Assembly: GCA_002104905.1 (NCBI GenBank)
Contig: MCFE01000126.1
Location: forward strand, 1-64,000
From: Basidiobolus meristosporus CBS 931.73
Taxonomy: Eukaryota > Fungi > Basidiobolomycota
Direction: 5' to 3'
Length of the DNA: 64,000 nucleotides
Shown: positions 12,301-27,300 of the stretch, piece after piece
How positions within the stretch are numbered: the first letter of the stretch is position 1
Layout of the letters: each line of letters begins with the position of its first letter
Position numbers and translations under genes: made by a program
Notes under the pieces: generated by a model
The model's input: the letters and a program-made list of their open reading frames with translations, nothing else
Database searches by the model: none
What the model was told of the DNA's origin: nothing

Positions 12301-15300
12301 AGGAGAAAGCATCACTGACTCTCAAGATGATTTACGATATCCAATTACTACCAGAGGCGCAGATCAAATGTTTGGCATCTCAGTTCCTCACCGCAATTGA
12401 AGAATTGATGAGTGAAAACAAGCTCATCAAAGATATCACACTAATCAGCCATTCAGAGCGTGAACTTTTACTTTGCAAATGGAACAATCAAACCTTCAAG
12501 CTTCCCGATCAAGAATATGTTCATACTCTTTTCGAACAACGGGCAGCCCAAGCGCCTGACTCGATTGCTGTCCAGTTCGAGAGTTCCGCATCCATTACCT
12601 ACGCCGAACTGAATCTGCAAGCTAACCGCTTAGCTCACCATCTGATTGGGCTAGGTGTGACTCCAGAGACCATAGTCCCCATCTGTGTGGACAAATCCAT
12701 CGACATGATAGTCATCATTCTGGCCATCATCAAGGCCGGTGCTGCCTACACCCCATTGGCCACCGACAGTCCTATCGAGCGTACTCGCTTCATTGTGCAT
12801 GAAACAGAGGCAAAGGTGGCTGTGACCGAGGGCAGGTTCAGCCCAGCATTCCAAGATGTCGCTGGGTTGACCGTGATCAATATCGATGAAATCAAGGAGG
12901 TGCTACGCTCGGACCAGCAACCCTCCACCAACCCACAGGTTGCCAACCTGACTCTTGACACGCAGTGCTATGTCATCTTCACCTCCGGATCCACTGGTCT
13001 TCCCAAGGGGGTGACCGTGGAACACCGGGCTATTCTGAGCTCAGTGCTAACATTCACCGATATCCTTGAGATCGACTCCGCCTCACGAGTGATCCTACTG
13101 TCTGCCTACACCTTCGATGTCTCAGTGTTCGAGATCTTCTCCTCGTTGACACAGGGAGGCACTCTCTGCATGGCGGCCAAGGACAACTTGCTCACCTATC
13201 TTCCGGAGATGATCCGAATGATGGATGTTAGCGTTCTTATTGGTACACCGACAATGCTCAGCATGGTTAATCCCGAGGAAGCGCCAAGCCTCCGCTCTCT
13301 CGGTATCGGGGGTGAGACTTTGTCCGAGGCCATGATCACTGCTTGGTGCGATCGTGTCAAGCTGGTCAACTGCTATGGACCAACGGAGGCAGCAGTGATT
13401 GCCTTGACTCATCATATCACCAGTCCTAGTGATCATGGAATCATCGGCTCACCTCAGGGCAATGTCCACGCTTACATACTTGATGATGGCCTTGGCCTCG
13501 CCCCTATCGGGGTGATTGGTGAGCTGTGCCTAAGTGGGTCTCAGCTCGCTCGTGGGTACATGAAGAGACCAGATCTAACGCGTAGTGCATTTGTCGAACA
13601 CCCCTTCTCTGCAGGAGCGAGGTTGTACAGAACCGGTGATTTGGCCAAGTATCGACCGGACGGCAAGATCGAGTTCATCGGGCGCAAGGACACTCAGATC
13701 AAGCTGAACGGATTGCGGATCGAACTCGGAGAGATTGAGAACACTGTGGCCCTCCACCCAGACGTCCACCACATTGGTGTTCTCCCGCTGACTACAAACG
13801 AAGGTCGAAGAACGCTAGTGGCATTTGTGTGCTTCACCTCCACCTCCAGCTCTACTGCCGATGCCGTTTCCGAGATCGGACTTGTTCATGCGGAACACTA
13901 TGACCAAGTCCGCGCGAACATTGCCGAGATTCAAGGAGAAGTGCACCCGCAGCTTGCCCAAGTATATGCTTCCCACGGTCTGGGTTCCACTCAATCGCAT
14001 GCCACTCAGCTCCAGCGGTAAGATTGAGCGCAAGTTGCTCGGCCCCATCTTCTCCAATCTCGACTTGGCCACATTGTATCAGTTTGGAAGTCTGACTGGC
14101 TCCTCGGATGTCACCCCACCCATAACGCCCCTGGAGATTGCTCTCCACGAGATTTGGTGTGAGGTTCTGCAACTCGATCGTCAATCAGTCGGCATTCATG
14201 ATTCTTTCTTCCGACTAGGCGGTGACTCCATCAGAGCCATTCTCCTCTCCTCACAATGCCGTCGCCAAGGTTTAGAGGTGACAGTGCAACAGATATTCGA
14301 CATGCCCACCATTGCCGAGCTGGGTGCGGTAGTCGTTGATGTCTCCACATGCAGCATTTCTGCGGGTTCTCAGGTGACCATTGAGCCGTACTCATTGCTC
14401 GGCCTCTCCGTGAGCGAGCTTCGGAAGCTGCTTGAAGATGAGCTTTCATCATTCGGACTGAAAGCTTCGGAAGTGGAGGATGTGTATCCATGTGCTCCGC
14501 TGCAGGAGGGCTTGCTGTCGGGAGTGCTTCGCAACGAGAGCAACTATCTACTCCAGTCTGTGTACGACATTGAGGGTGACCTGGAAGTGGATCGGTTCGA
14601 GCGTGCTTGGGCATCGGTGACTCAAGCAAATGCCATCCTTCGTACCACTTTTGTCACCAGCTCTGCTGTTGCAAGATCCCCCATTCTACAGGTCGTGAAG
14701 AAGGAGATATCATGCGCTATTGCCACCCACATGAGCAGCGAGGAGTCAATAGAAACCCAGCTCAGTGAATACCTCCGGGAAGATTTGAAGCGCGGAGTGA
14801 AGCTTGGGGAACAGATGATTCGGTTTGCGCTGTTCAGTATATCGGAGAAGAAACACAAGTTTGTGTTGACCCTTTCCCATGCACTTTACGATGGTTGGTC
14901 AATGCCTTTGATTCTTGAGGATTTCTATGGCGCATATATTGAGTTGGAAAGCTGTACAAGGCCCAGTTTCAATTCGTTTATCAAATTCTTGGTCCGCGCA
15001 GATGAAGCCCACTCTAAACAATACTGGACTGAATACTTGGATTCCTACTCAGTCTCTGAGCTGGTCCGTATTCCTGGTCCCAGCTATCAAGTGTGTTCTA
15101 ACCAAGTATATGCTTATGAGGTTCCATGCATTGCTAAAGAAATCATGAAGTTCTCGAAAATCTACGGTGTAACCCCATCAACATTAATACGTGCCGCTTG
15201 GTCTATTGTTCTAAGTAATCACTGTGCCACAAACGATGTGGTATTTGGCGTTACAGTATCAGGGCGTAATCTACCAGTAGTAGGAATAGAAAACATGGTC

Positions 15301-18300
15301 GGACCATGTATTAATACCATTCCCTTCCGTGCAAAGGTGGATAATGGCTCTACAGTAATGGAATGGTTACGTAAGCTCCAAGAAGAGCAAAAAGTAGCGC
15401 TTCCGTACGAATCCTACGGTCTTCGTCAAATCCAGAGTGGACTGCAGCTCCCTAACAACACCGCGCTGTTTCAAACATTGCTCGTATACCAAAACCTGCC
15501 CATGGTTGAGCTTAAAAATATGAGTCAACTGCCGTTCATAATGTCAAGCCAAATTACTGACTTGGGAATGGATTACCCAATAGTCATGACTGTAGAGTTG
15601 GGAGAGACAAGTCTTCATGCAAGATTGGTGTACGATCCTATTCTGCTATCCAAGAACGCAATGCAATGGATTTCGTCGCACTTTGGAGAAGTTCTTCAAG
15701 ATATATTAGCTCGACCACAATCCCAGGTGTCGAAGTTGAATCTAATGTCTATGCATGAGTCGGAGACACTACTTAATGCCTGGAATAATACGACTGTCGA
15801 GCAGCCAACCCAATCATCACTTATCCATTCCCTCTTTGAGGCCCAAGTCCAGAAAAGCCCCAGCTCAACTGCTGTGCAATTCCTGAATGTCAGGAGCCTT
15901 ACCTATACAGAGCTGAATGTCAAAGCAAACCAGCTTGCACATTTACTTATCAGTAATGGGGTGGAAGTCGAAGATATTATTCCTATATGTCTAGACAAGT
16001 CCGAAAACATGATCATCTCAATCTTCGGAGTTTTGAAATCTGGAGGCGCTTATGTTCCTATCGACCCAAAGAATCCTACCGAGAGAAACCAATTTATCAT
16101 TCAGGAAACTGAAGCCAAGCTGGTCATCACCTCGAAGAAATACTCCAGCAATTTCAAAGAAATAGGCGGACTGAAAGTAATAGTTATTGATGGGGAACAT
16201 GTCGAAGAGATCGCCCGGCAACCTACACCGAATCCAAATATTTTCGGCTTGATGAACAAAAACGTGGCATATATTTTGTTCACATCTGGCTCCACTGGTG
16301 CTCCAAAAGGGGTTATTCTGGAGCATGGATCGGTGGTCAACTCTATACACGAGCATCAAAAGGTGTGGAATGCTGACCAGCATACACGCGTCCTGCAATT
16401 TGCCAACTATACCTTTGATGTGTCCGTAATGGATTTCTTTGTTACTTTGTCGAACGGCGCAGTGCTCTGTATTGCACCTCAGGACGAGTTACTAACGGAC
16501 ATCAACTCGGTTATCCAGTTAATGAATGTCAATCATGCGGCACTAACTCCGACTGTTATATCCTTGCTTGACCCGGAAATGGTCACTTGTTTGAAGACCA
16601 TTGCCGCAAGCGGTGAGGCACTTACGTCTCAGATTGTCAGAACCTGGTCCTCGCGCCTTCGTCTGCTAAACTTCTATGGCCCCACAGAAGCGGCTGTGAA
16701 TAACACTTACCAAAGAATGGAAGTTGATACCTTCCCTAATCTCATTGGGAGACCTCTAGGAAACAACACTATCTATATATTGGATGAGGAATTACGCACA
16801 GTACCAATCGGAGCAGTAGGCGAGCTGTGCATTGGCGGATATCAGCTTGCACGAGGATATCTGAAGAATAAGCAGCTAACTGACTCAATATTCGTAGAAA
16901 ATCCTTTCGTTCCCGGACAAAGACTGTACAAAACCGGAGATTTGGCGAAATTTGACGCAGATGGGGCGGTAGAGTATATTGGACGTCGCGATCACCAAGT
17001 CAAACTAAATGGGCTTCGTATTGAGCTGGGAGAGATCGAGAGCATCCTATCTCAAGAGACTGTGGTGCAGAGTGCAACCGTGCTCCTGTTGGAGGTGGGT
17101 CTGGGAAAACGTTCATTGGTGGCGTTTTTGAATTTCAAAGAGATGGCCAGCACCTCCTCAAAGTTATCTCTGATCCAAAACGATGTGAACGGTAGGATTG
17201 CCTATTTGATTGCTGATGTTCAGAGCAGCCTGGAATCAAAAGTAGCGTACTATATGATGCCGAATATATGGGTTCCAATCAACACCATTCCACTCACTCA
17301 AAATGGAAAGGCAGATCGTAAGAAGCTGAATACCTTTTTCCAACAATTGTCTACGAAAGATATTCAAGCCTGTAGTAAAATTCCTGGTGACGCAAAGCCA
17401 GAGGATCCTACTTCTGCGATGGAGACATCCTTGAGAGGTATCTGGGGCAATGTACTCAACCTTGAGGAATCCGAAATTAGCATACATGATTCATTCTTCC
17501 GTTTGGGTGGTGATTCTATTTCTGCTATTCAAGTGGCCTCTAAATGTCGTCAGATTGGCATCTATTTCTCAGTTCAGCAGCTATTGAAGCATTCTACCAT
17601 TGCAAAACTTTCCTCGATCGCGGAAACCAAGTCAGGAATTAGTTTGCAATCCAATGAACCTGCTCTGGGAAGCATATTGTTAACGCCTGTTCAACGATGG
17701 TACCTTCAACAAGCAGACCAAAAATGCTACTTCCACCAGTCTTTCTTCCTGAAAGTCTCCAAGTATGTAGACTCTAATGCCGTCAAGATTGCCTTGACTA
17801 CCTTGGTCAAGCATCATGATATGCTGCGTTGCAGATTCACGAATGACAATGGCCACTGGTCGCAGGAAATCTCCTCTACCTCCGAGGAGATATCTCTTGA
17901 CGTGGTGGATATCACCAGAGAGAATCTCGAAGAGGCTGTGGCCACTGTGCACGATAGAATAGATGTCTTCACTGGTCCTATGTGTGCCTTCGGCCTGTTC
18001 ACTCTTGAGGGTGCTCAGTATCTCCTACTAGCCATCCACCATCTTGCGGTGGACTTTGTCTCGTGGCGAGTGCTGTTTGAGGACCTGGAAGACCTGTTAC
18101 TCGGAAAGCCCCTCCCCGGAAAGACCATGTCCTTCCAACAATGGTCAAGACTTCTCACTGAGCATGCGGCCAGTCTGGACACCAGTGACTGGCCCGTGGA
18201 CAACATCCATAACCGGTTCAGCTCGGATCTAGATCTGACTAGGAACACGGTTGACTCTAGCAAGACCATGACGTTCACCCTGGACAAGGAGGTGAGCCAA

Positions 18301-21300
18301 CTATTGCTTGGAAGTAGCAACGATGCGTTCCGCACCAAGCCAACTGAGCTGATTGTGGCTGCCTTGGCAGAGGCGTTTTGTGAAGTGTTCAGCCAGGACG
18401 GAATGACTCTGGCGATGGAGGCTCATGGAAGAGAGCCATGGGAGGATAGTATTGACATCTCCCGGACTGTTGGGTGGTTCACTTCGATCTATCCCCTGGC
18501 ACTGGCCATCTCCCCTGGTGACCACACCACCTCGATTCTCAAACGCGTGAAGGATACAATGAGAATGATTCCATCAAATGGGTTTGCCTATGGTCTACTC
18601 CGATTCCTCAACGAGCAGCACTCGCACAGGTACAAAGAGGACCTTCTCCCGATATCGTTCAACTATGCCGGTCGTTTCCAGCAACTGGAGAAGTCCGACT
18701 CCATGCTGCAATTCGTGACTGATATCCAGCTGAAAGATCACAGCTTTTCACCAGACTCCAGGCGTTTGTTTGTGTTTGACGTTGGAGCAATTGCCCTCTA
18801 TGACACAATGCAGTTCAGCATCACCTTCAGCGCGAATCTTCACTCAGAGGTGCTGATTCAGTCCTGGCTCAGTGCATGGAACACAAAGTTGGTGACGCTG
18901 GTAACCTTGTGTGCTCAGCAAGAGAATGCCCAGTTCACTCTCTCCGATCTTCCGCTCCTTAGCATGTCTACCGAGGAACTCGACACCCTGATGAGCATCA
19001 CCCTCCCTGAGGCAAATATCGACATGAACAACGTCGAGGATGTGTATCCATGCCTTGCTATGCAGGATGGCCTGTTGGCAGGTACTATGAAAGACAAGGA
19101 GCAGTATGTCGTGCGAGTTGTGTTTGACATCACCGGGGCATTCGACTCTGAGCGATTCTTTGCTGCTTGGCATCAAACCATCGAGAACAATGCTGCCTTG
19201 CGAACAGTGTTTGTGCCCAACCCCAGCTCCATGAGTGTTGGCTGTCTGCAAGTACTGCTCAAGAAACTGACTGTTCCCACTGAGCAGTATACCTGCAACA
19301 AGGAGGATGTGGACCTGATGATCGAAGAGTACCTGAAGCAGACTGTCAACAAGGGATTCAACATGGGTGAGCCGATGCTGGCACTCGCCATGTTCCAGAT
19401 CACCGAGGAGCATCGTCGCTTCGTTTGGGTCATCCATCATGCCATCTTTGACGGTTGGTCCAACGGAATCATCATGAACGATGTACTCAGCACATACCTT
19501 GGCTTTGAAGTGGCAAGCAAGCCTTCATACAGGGAATTCGTGAAGCACATCATCTCTCAAAGCGCCGAAGACTCTAAGCATTTCTGGGAGCTTCAGCTTT
19601 CGGGCGTCGAGCCATCGGTATTCCCCAGGCTCAGCACAGAGGCTGTGTCCTTACCGAGAGCCATCGTGTCACATGAGAAGATTGACTACACTGTACAGGA
19701 GATAAGCAAATTTGCCCAAGAGAACAAGATCACGGTAGCCACACTTCTTCGTGCTGGATGGGGATTGCTGCTTCAGCAGTACCTGAACAGTGAGGACGTG
19801 GTGTTCGGAGTCACTGTTTCGGGAAGGAATGTAGCAATCGATGGGGTGGAGAGCATTGTTGGGCCATGTATTAGCACTATACCATTCAGAGTTCAGTATG
19901 AGGAAAAGAAGGTATCTGAATGGTTAGAGGGCCTACATGCCCAGTATGTTGCTTCAATTCCTCACGAAACTTATGGAGTGTCGTACATTCAATCTGATTT
20001 ATTCTTTGGGGAGCAATTCTTTGATTCCTTAATGGTGTTCCAAAACTATCCCGAAACCAAGGACATGGGTGCCGATTTTAAGATATCTCTGAACCGATTT
20101 ACCGAAAACATTGAATATCCATTGTTCCTAAGCTTGGTCCCAGCAGGAGATGCGCTATCTATCACTATTGAAGTTAAAGATATTGGAGTTTCCTCAGAAG
20201 CGGCTTCGTTGTTCGCTATTCGCTATAAACACATCATTAAAATGCTCATCGATTATGTTGATGAAGAACTAAAAAATGTGGAGCTGAATATGCCTTGGGA
20301 GAAAGCTGAACTACTCAAAAACAGTGAAGGAATCAAGACGAGCCCGACAGAAAAGCTGTTACATGAAATCTTCGAGGAACGTGCTCAGGAGGTACCAAAA
20401 TCAGTAGCATTGCTTTCATTCGATGGCACATCGGTGAGCTATCGCGACCTGAATAGTAGAGCCAACAAATTTGCACATTATTTGGTTGAAAAGGGGCTTC
20501 GTACAGGTGACCTAGTCCCACTGTGCTTTGAGAAATCGGTTGATACCATAGTAGCTATACTTGGAGTTCTTAAAGCTGGCGCCGCATATGTTCCTGTGGA
20601 TCCTAATACTCCCGCTAAGCGCTTAGAATTCATTTTGAATGAGTGCAATGCCAATATTGTGCTTACCTCTTCTGCAACACAATCCGTATTTGCGAGCGCC
20701 GAATTTTCGACTTACCAGAATATCGTATTCCTGGAGGAAGTGTATACATCCTACTCTCCAGAAAATCTTCAAGATCTCAGTATAACAAACAACAATCTCT
20801 GCTATGTGATCTTCACGTCTGGCTCAACCGGTACGCCTAAGGGTGTCATGATTGAGCACAGAAATGTCACCAATCTTATGAAGAACCATCAGTCTATATG
20901 GGAGATGAATAGCAGTAGCAGAGTCCTGCAATTTTCTAACTTTATCTTTGACATGTCTGTTGCAGAAATCTTCTATACTCTTTCTATTGGCGCTTGTCTC
21001 TGTATTGCACCCAAAGATAGTCTCCTGTCCGATCTAGCTGGGGTAATCAATGCCATGCAGGTGGATACTGTGGAGCTCACCCCAACCGTATTGGGTCTCT
21101 TGAGTCCTGAGCTGGTCCCAACACTGAAGCACGTTGCTTTGGGCGGAGAGTTGGTCAGCGAGCAACTGGTGAAGACCTGGTCCAAACACGTTCGTCTATT
21201 CAACATGTACGGCCCAACCGAAACCACGGTTCATGTCACCTACAATGACCTGAATGCCCTCCCCGAAGGAATAGTCATTGGTAAGCCAGTGGGTGGAATG

Positions 21301-24300
21301 GCAGCCTACATTGTAACCAGAAACAAAAACCTTGCGCCTATCGGCGTGGTCGGTGAGCTATGCATCGGTGGTCCCCAGCTGGCTCGTGGATACCTCAACC
21401 GGCCTGATCTGACAGAGGCATCCTTTGTAGTCAACCCATTCGCACCTGGCCAGAAGATGTACCGCACCGGCGACTTGGCTAAGCTCAGGCATGACGGATC
21501 CATCGAATATGTTGGTCGCAAGGATCATCAGGTGAAGCTCAACGGCCTGCGCATTGAGCTTAGTGAGATCGAGAATGTCATTGCTCAAGTGCAACAGGTA
21601 CAGAGTGTTGCCACTTTCCTGGTCACCTCCGCTGAAGACAAGCAAGAGCTGGCGGCATTTGTGAGTTTTAAGGAGCTCCTCCCCTCGGAGACCACCGAGC
21701 CAGCACTTGTTGGTGAGCTGGGAGCATCAACAGCATCACAGCTGATCGCTGTCGCCCGAGAACATGCAGCCAGCAAGCTTGCTCACTACATGATCCCCAC
21801 ACTCTGGATTCCGCTCACCGGAATGCCACACACCATCAGTGGCAAGGTTGACAGAAAAAGACTGGAGTGGCTCTTCACTCAAATGGACCTTCATCACATT
21901 CGTTCGTTTACCTCTGCGGCAGCTGACCGTCAAAGCGAAAGCCCGAGAACCAAGCTGCAGCTTGTGCTTCATGAAATATGGTGCCAGGTGTTGAGACTCC
22001 CTGAGAACACGTTTGGATTCACGACTCCTTCTTCAGCATTGGTGGAGACTCTATCAGTGCCATCAAGCTTTCGGCCAAGTGTCGCGCACATGGGATTCCA
22101 TTGACGGTTCAGCAGATATTCAATCACCCAACCATCTTCTCAATCAGCCAGATAGCAGATCCATCCGAGGTGGCCTGCGAGGAATCTGACATGAGCCCTC
22201 AGGAGCCTCCTCCACAGCCGTTCACTCTTCTTGGTCTGAGCCATGACCAGGTTGCCAGATTGGTGAGTGAAGAAGTCAGCTGTTCGGTATTCAGCCAGAG
22301 GAAGTGGAGGACATCTATCCATGCTCCCCTCTACAAGAAGGCATGATCTCTGGATTACTGAAGAGTGGCTCAAACTATTTGACGCGGTCTGTTTACAACA
22401 TAGAGGGTGACTTCGATGTGGCTAGATTCGAGCAATCCTGGAAGGCAGTCACCGATGCAAACCCCATTCTGCGCACCACATTCATCACAAGCAATGCTTC
22501 CGACAGACACACCACATTGCAGGTGGTGCTCAAGACTGCCAATCCCATGGTACGCCTCTTCAGCACCACTCCTGGCAAGGCTTCCGAAGTAGTGGCAGAC
22601 TATCTCAGCAGTGATCATGAGGCTGGTATCACCTTGGGTGCACCGATGATGCGATTTGCCATTTTCCAAGTCACCCCCACAAGCTACAGATTTGTGTGGA
22701 CCATCCTGCATGCACTGTATGATGGATGGTCGATGCCTTTGATTCTTGGTGATGTTTACAGCCATTATCTTTTGTCCACTGTCCCAAGCAGAACTCCTTA
22801 CAGCAGCTTTATCAGATATATCTGCCAACAAGACGAGGAATGCGCTTTGAACTACTGGACTGAGTACATGGCCGGCGTGACCCATACTGAGTTGGTCCGT
22901 ATTCCTGCCTCGTACCGAGTGAGGGCCAATTCTGAGCTCCGTCAACGGGTGTCTGTACCCATGGAAGGCATCCAAGCTTTCGCTCAAACCCAAGGCATCA
23001 CCATATCCACCCTGCTCCGAGCTGCGTGGTCGATTGTACTCGGGCAGCACTCTGCTACGGATGACATTGTATTTGGGGTTACTGTCTCTGGCCGTAACAT
23101 TCCGGTAGATGGGATTGAGCAGCTGATGGGTCCATGCATCAATACCATTCCGTTCAGAACGGTGATAGATTATGATCAGACTGTTGCTGAGTGGTTGAAA
23201 TCACTGCAACAACAACAAGCATCAAGTCTGCCCTTTGAGTGGATAGGTATCAACTTCATCCAACGTCAGTTAGGTGAGAGGTACGCGTCGTTTCAATCAT
23301 TGCTTTTATATCAAAATCTACCTCAAGACAAGACCGCCCTACAAGATAGCCTTCCTTTTGGTATATCCTTTATGGATGGTGAGATGGGTATTGAATATCC
23401 TGTTGTTATGATCATCACCTCAGATGAAGATAGTTTACAAGTCAACCTTACGTACGATCACAATTTGGTTGACGAGCGGGTGGCTAAATTGTTGGCCTCG
23501 AGCTTTTCAACTACGCTAAGCCAAGTAGTGAATGGAAGCAACACCTCCGTTGGTTCAATTGAATCAGCAATTGAACCAGGTGACCAATCACTACTATTTA
23601 ACAACATTCAGTTCGGCAATGCGCACTGTACTATACATGAGCTATTCGAAAATCAAGTATTCAGCACACCAAACGCTCCAGCAGTGGAGTTTGAAGATCA
23701 AACCTCTTTAACCTACTCCGAATTGAATATCAAGGCCAATACACTATCCAAGATATTGCAATCGAAAGGTGTAGGCCCGGATGTTATCGTCCCCATATGC
23801 ATGAAAAAATCCATTGATCTGATTGTGACGATATTGGCTATACTGAAAGCTGGAGGCGCATACTGCCCGCTTGAATCCGAATTCCCTCAAGATCGTATAT
23901 CGTTTATCTTGCAAGAGACGAATGCCAAATTCGTGATATGCAGCGCTGAATACTCCACCAAATTCAAGTTCATTGAAGGTTTGCATGTATTTGCGGCAGA
24001 AAATCTCTTATCAATGGATGTTTCATCCATAATCGCTATTCCACAAAAGGAGGCACCCTCATCAGCAAATCTATGCTATGTGCTATTCACGTCTGGCTCA
24101 ACCGGCAAACCTAAAGGTGTCATGATTGAGCACAGAAACGTCATCAATCTTATGAAGAACCATCAGTCTATATGGGAGATGAATAGCAGTAGCAGAGTCC
24201 TACAGTTTGCAAATTATATCTTTGATATGTCTGTAGCTGATATCTTCTATACTCTTTCTATTGGCGCTTGTCTCTGTATTGCACCCAAAGATAGTCTCCT

Positions 24301-27300
24301 GTCCGATCTAGCTGGGGTAATCAATGCCATGCAGGTGGATACTGTGGAGCTCACCCCAACCGTATTGGGTCTCTTGAGTCCTGAGCTGGTCCCAACACTG
24401 AAGCACGTTGCTTTGGGCGGAGAGTTGGTCAGCGAGCAACTGGTGAAGACCTGGTCCAAACACGTTCGTCTATTCAACATGTACGGCCCAACCGAAACCA
24501 CGGTTCATGTCACCTACAATGACCTGAATGCCCTCCCCGAAGGAATAGTCATTGGTAAGCCAGTGGGTGGAATGGCGGCCTACATTGTAACCAGAAACAA
24601 AAACCTTGCGCCTATCGGCGTGGTCGGTGAGCTATGCATCGGTGGTCCCCAGCTGGCTCGTGGATACCTCAACCGGCCTGATCTGACAGAGGCATCCTTT
24701 GTAGTCAACCCATTCGCACCTGGCCAGAAGATGTACCGCACCGGCGACTTGGCTAAGCTCAGGCATGACGGATCCATCGAATATGTTGGTCGCAAGGATC
24801 ATCAGGTGAAGCTCAACGGCCTGCGCATTGAGCTTAGTGAGATCGAGAATGTCATTGCTCAAGTGCAACAGGTACAGAGTGTTGCCACTTTCCTGGTCAC
24901 CTCCGCTGAAGACAAGCAAGAGCTGGCGGCATTTGTGAGTTTTAAGGAGCTCCTCCCCTCGGAGACCACCGAGCCAGCACTTGTTGGTGAGCTGGGAGCA
25001 TCAACAGCATCACAGCTGATCGCTGTCGCCCGAGAACATGCAGCCAGCAAGCTTGCTCACTACATGATCCCCACACTCTGGATTCCGCTCACCGGAATGC
25101 CACACACCATCAGTGGCAAGGTTGACAGAAAAAGACTGGAGTGGCTCTTCACTCAAATGGACCTCCATCACATTCGTTCGTTTACCTCTGCGGCAGCTGA
25201 CCGTCAAAGCGAAAGCCCGAGAACCAAGCTGCAGCTTGCGCTTCATGAAATATGGTGCCAGGTGTTGAGACTCCCTGAGAACACGTTTGGAATTCACGAC
25301 TCCTTCTTCAGCATTGGTGGAGACTCTATCAGTGCCATCAAGCTTTCGGCCAAGTGTCGCGCACATGGGATTCCATTGACGGTTCAGCAGATATTCAATC
25401 ACCCAACCATCTTCTCAATCAGCCAGATAGCAGATCCATCCGAGGTGGCCTGCGAGGAATCTGGCATGAGCCCTCAGGAGCCTCCTCCACAGCCGTTCAC
25501 TCTTCTTGGTCTGGGTCCATGACCAGGTTGCCAGATTGGTGAGTGAAGAAGTCAAGCTGTTCGGTATTCAGCCAGAGGAAGTGGAGGACATCTATCCATG
25601 CTCCCCTCTACAAGAAGGCATGATCTCTGGATTACTGAAGAGTGGCTCAAACTATTTGACGCAGTCTGTTTACAACATAGAGGGTGACTTCGATGTGGCT
25701 AGATTCGAGCAATCCTGGAAGGCAGTCACCGATGCAAACCCCATTCTGCGCACCACATTCATCACAAGCAATGCTTCCGACAGACACACCACATTGCAGG
25801 TGGTGCTCAAGACTGCCAATCCCATGGTACGCCTCTTCAGCACCACTCCTGGCGAGGCTTCCGAAGTAGTGGCAGACTATCTCAGCAGTGATCATGAGGC
25901 TGGTATCACCTTGGGTGCACCGATGATGCGACTTGCCATCTTCCAAGTCACCCCCACAAGCTACAGATTTGTGTGGACCATCCTGCATGCACTGTATGAT
26001 GGATGGTCGATGCCTTTGATTCTTGGTGATGTTTACAGCCATTATCTTTTGTCTACTGTCCCAAGCAGAACTCCTTACAGCAGCTTTATCAGATATATCT
26101 GCCAACAAGACGAGGAATGCGCATTGAACTACTGGACTGAGTACATGGCCGGCGTGACCCATACTGAGTTGGTCCGTATTCCTGCCTCGTACCGAGTGAG
26201 GGCCAATTCTGAGCTCCGTCAACGGGTGTCTGTACCCATGGAAGACATCCAAGCTTTCGCTCAAACCCAAGGCATCACCATATCCACCCTGCTCCGAGCT
26301 GCGTGGTCGATTGTACTCGGGCAGCACTCTGCTACGGATGACATTGTATTTGGGGTTACTGTCTCTGGCCGTAACATTCCGGTAGATGGGATTGAGCAGC
26401 TGATGGGTCCATGCATTAATACCATTCCGTTCAGAACGGTGATAGATTATGATCAGACTGTTGCTGAGTGGTTGAAATCACTGCAACAACAACAAGCATC
26501 AAGTTTGCCCTTTGAATCATTAGGCTTCAGCAAGATAAAGCAGATTCATCAGGAGTTGGCTGAATTGTCGCTTAATACGCTACTGGTAGTTCAAAATCTT
26601 CCCTTAGCAGGAATTGAAAGTCAAAGCCTACCTTTTACCATTACTGGAAATGCCGGAAATATGAGCTCTGAGTTTCCAATTGTTGTTGTAGTTGAGCCAA
26701 CCAATAGTCATTTGGATGTCAATTTCATTTATGATCAAACTATTGTGGAGGCTGCATTCATTGAGATTCTGGCTTCACATTTATGCTCAGTTATCGAAAA
26801 TCTGAAAACAGACACTACAAAGAGCGTTAGTCAGGTTAGTCTACTTAGCGACCAGGAGAAGGTGATGCTGACGACTACCTGGAATGATACAGAATGCCCT
26901 ATACCGAATAATGTATTTATCCATACTCTATTCGAACAACAAGCTGCCCAGGTACCCAACTCGATTGCTGTCCAGTTCGAGGGTTCCGCATCCATTACCT
27001 ACGCCGAACTGAATCTGCAAGCTAACCGCTTAGCTCACCATCTGATTGGGCTAGGTGTGACTCCAGAGACCATAGTCCCCATCTGTGTGGACAAATCCAT
27101 CGACATGATTGTCATCATTCTGGCCATCATCAAGGCCGGTGCTGCCTACACCCCATTGGCCACCGACAGTCCTATCGAGCGTACTCGCTTCATTGTGCAT
27201 GAAACAGAGGCAAAGGTGGCTGTGACCGAGGGCAGGTTCAGCCCAGCATTCCAAGATGTCGCTGGGTTGACCGTGATCAATATCGATGAAATCAAGGAGG

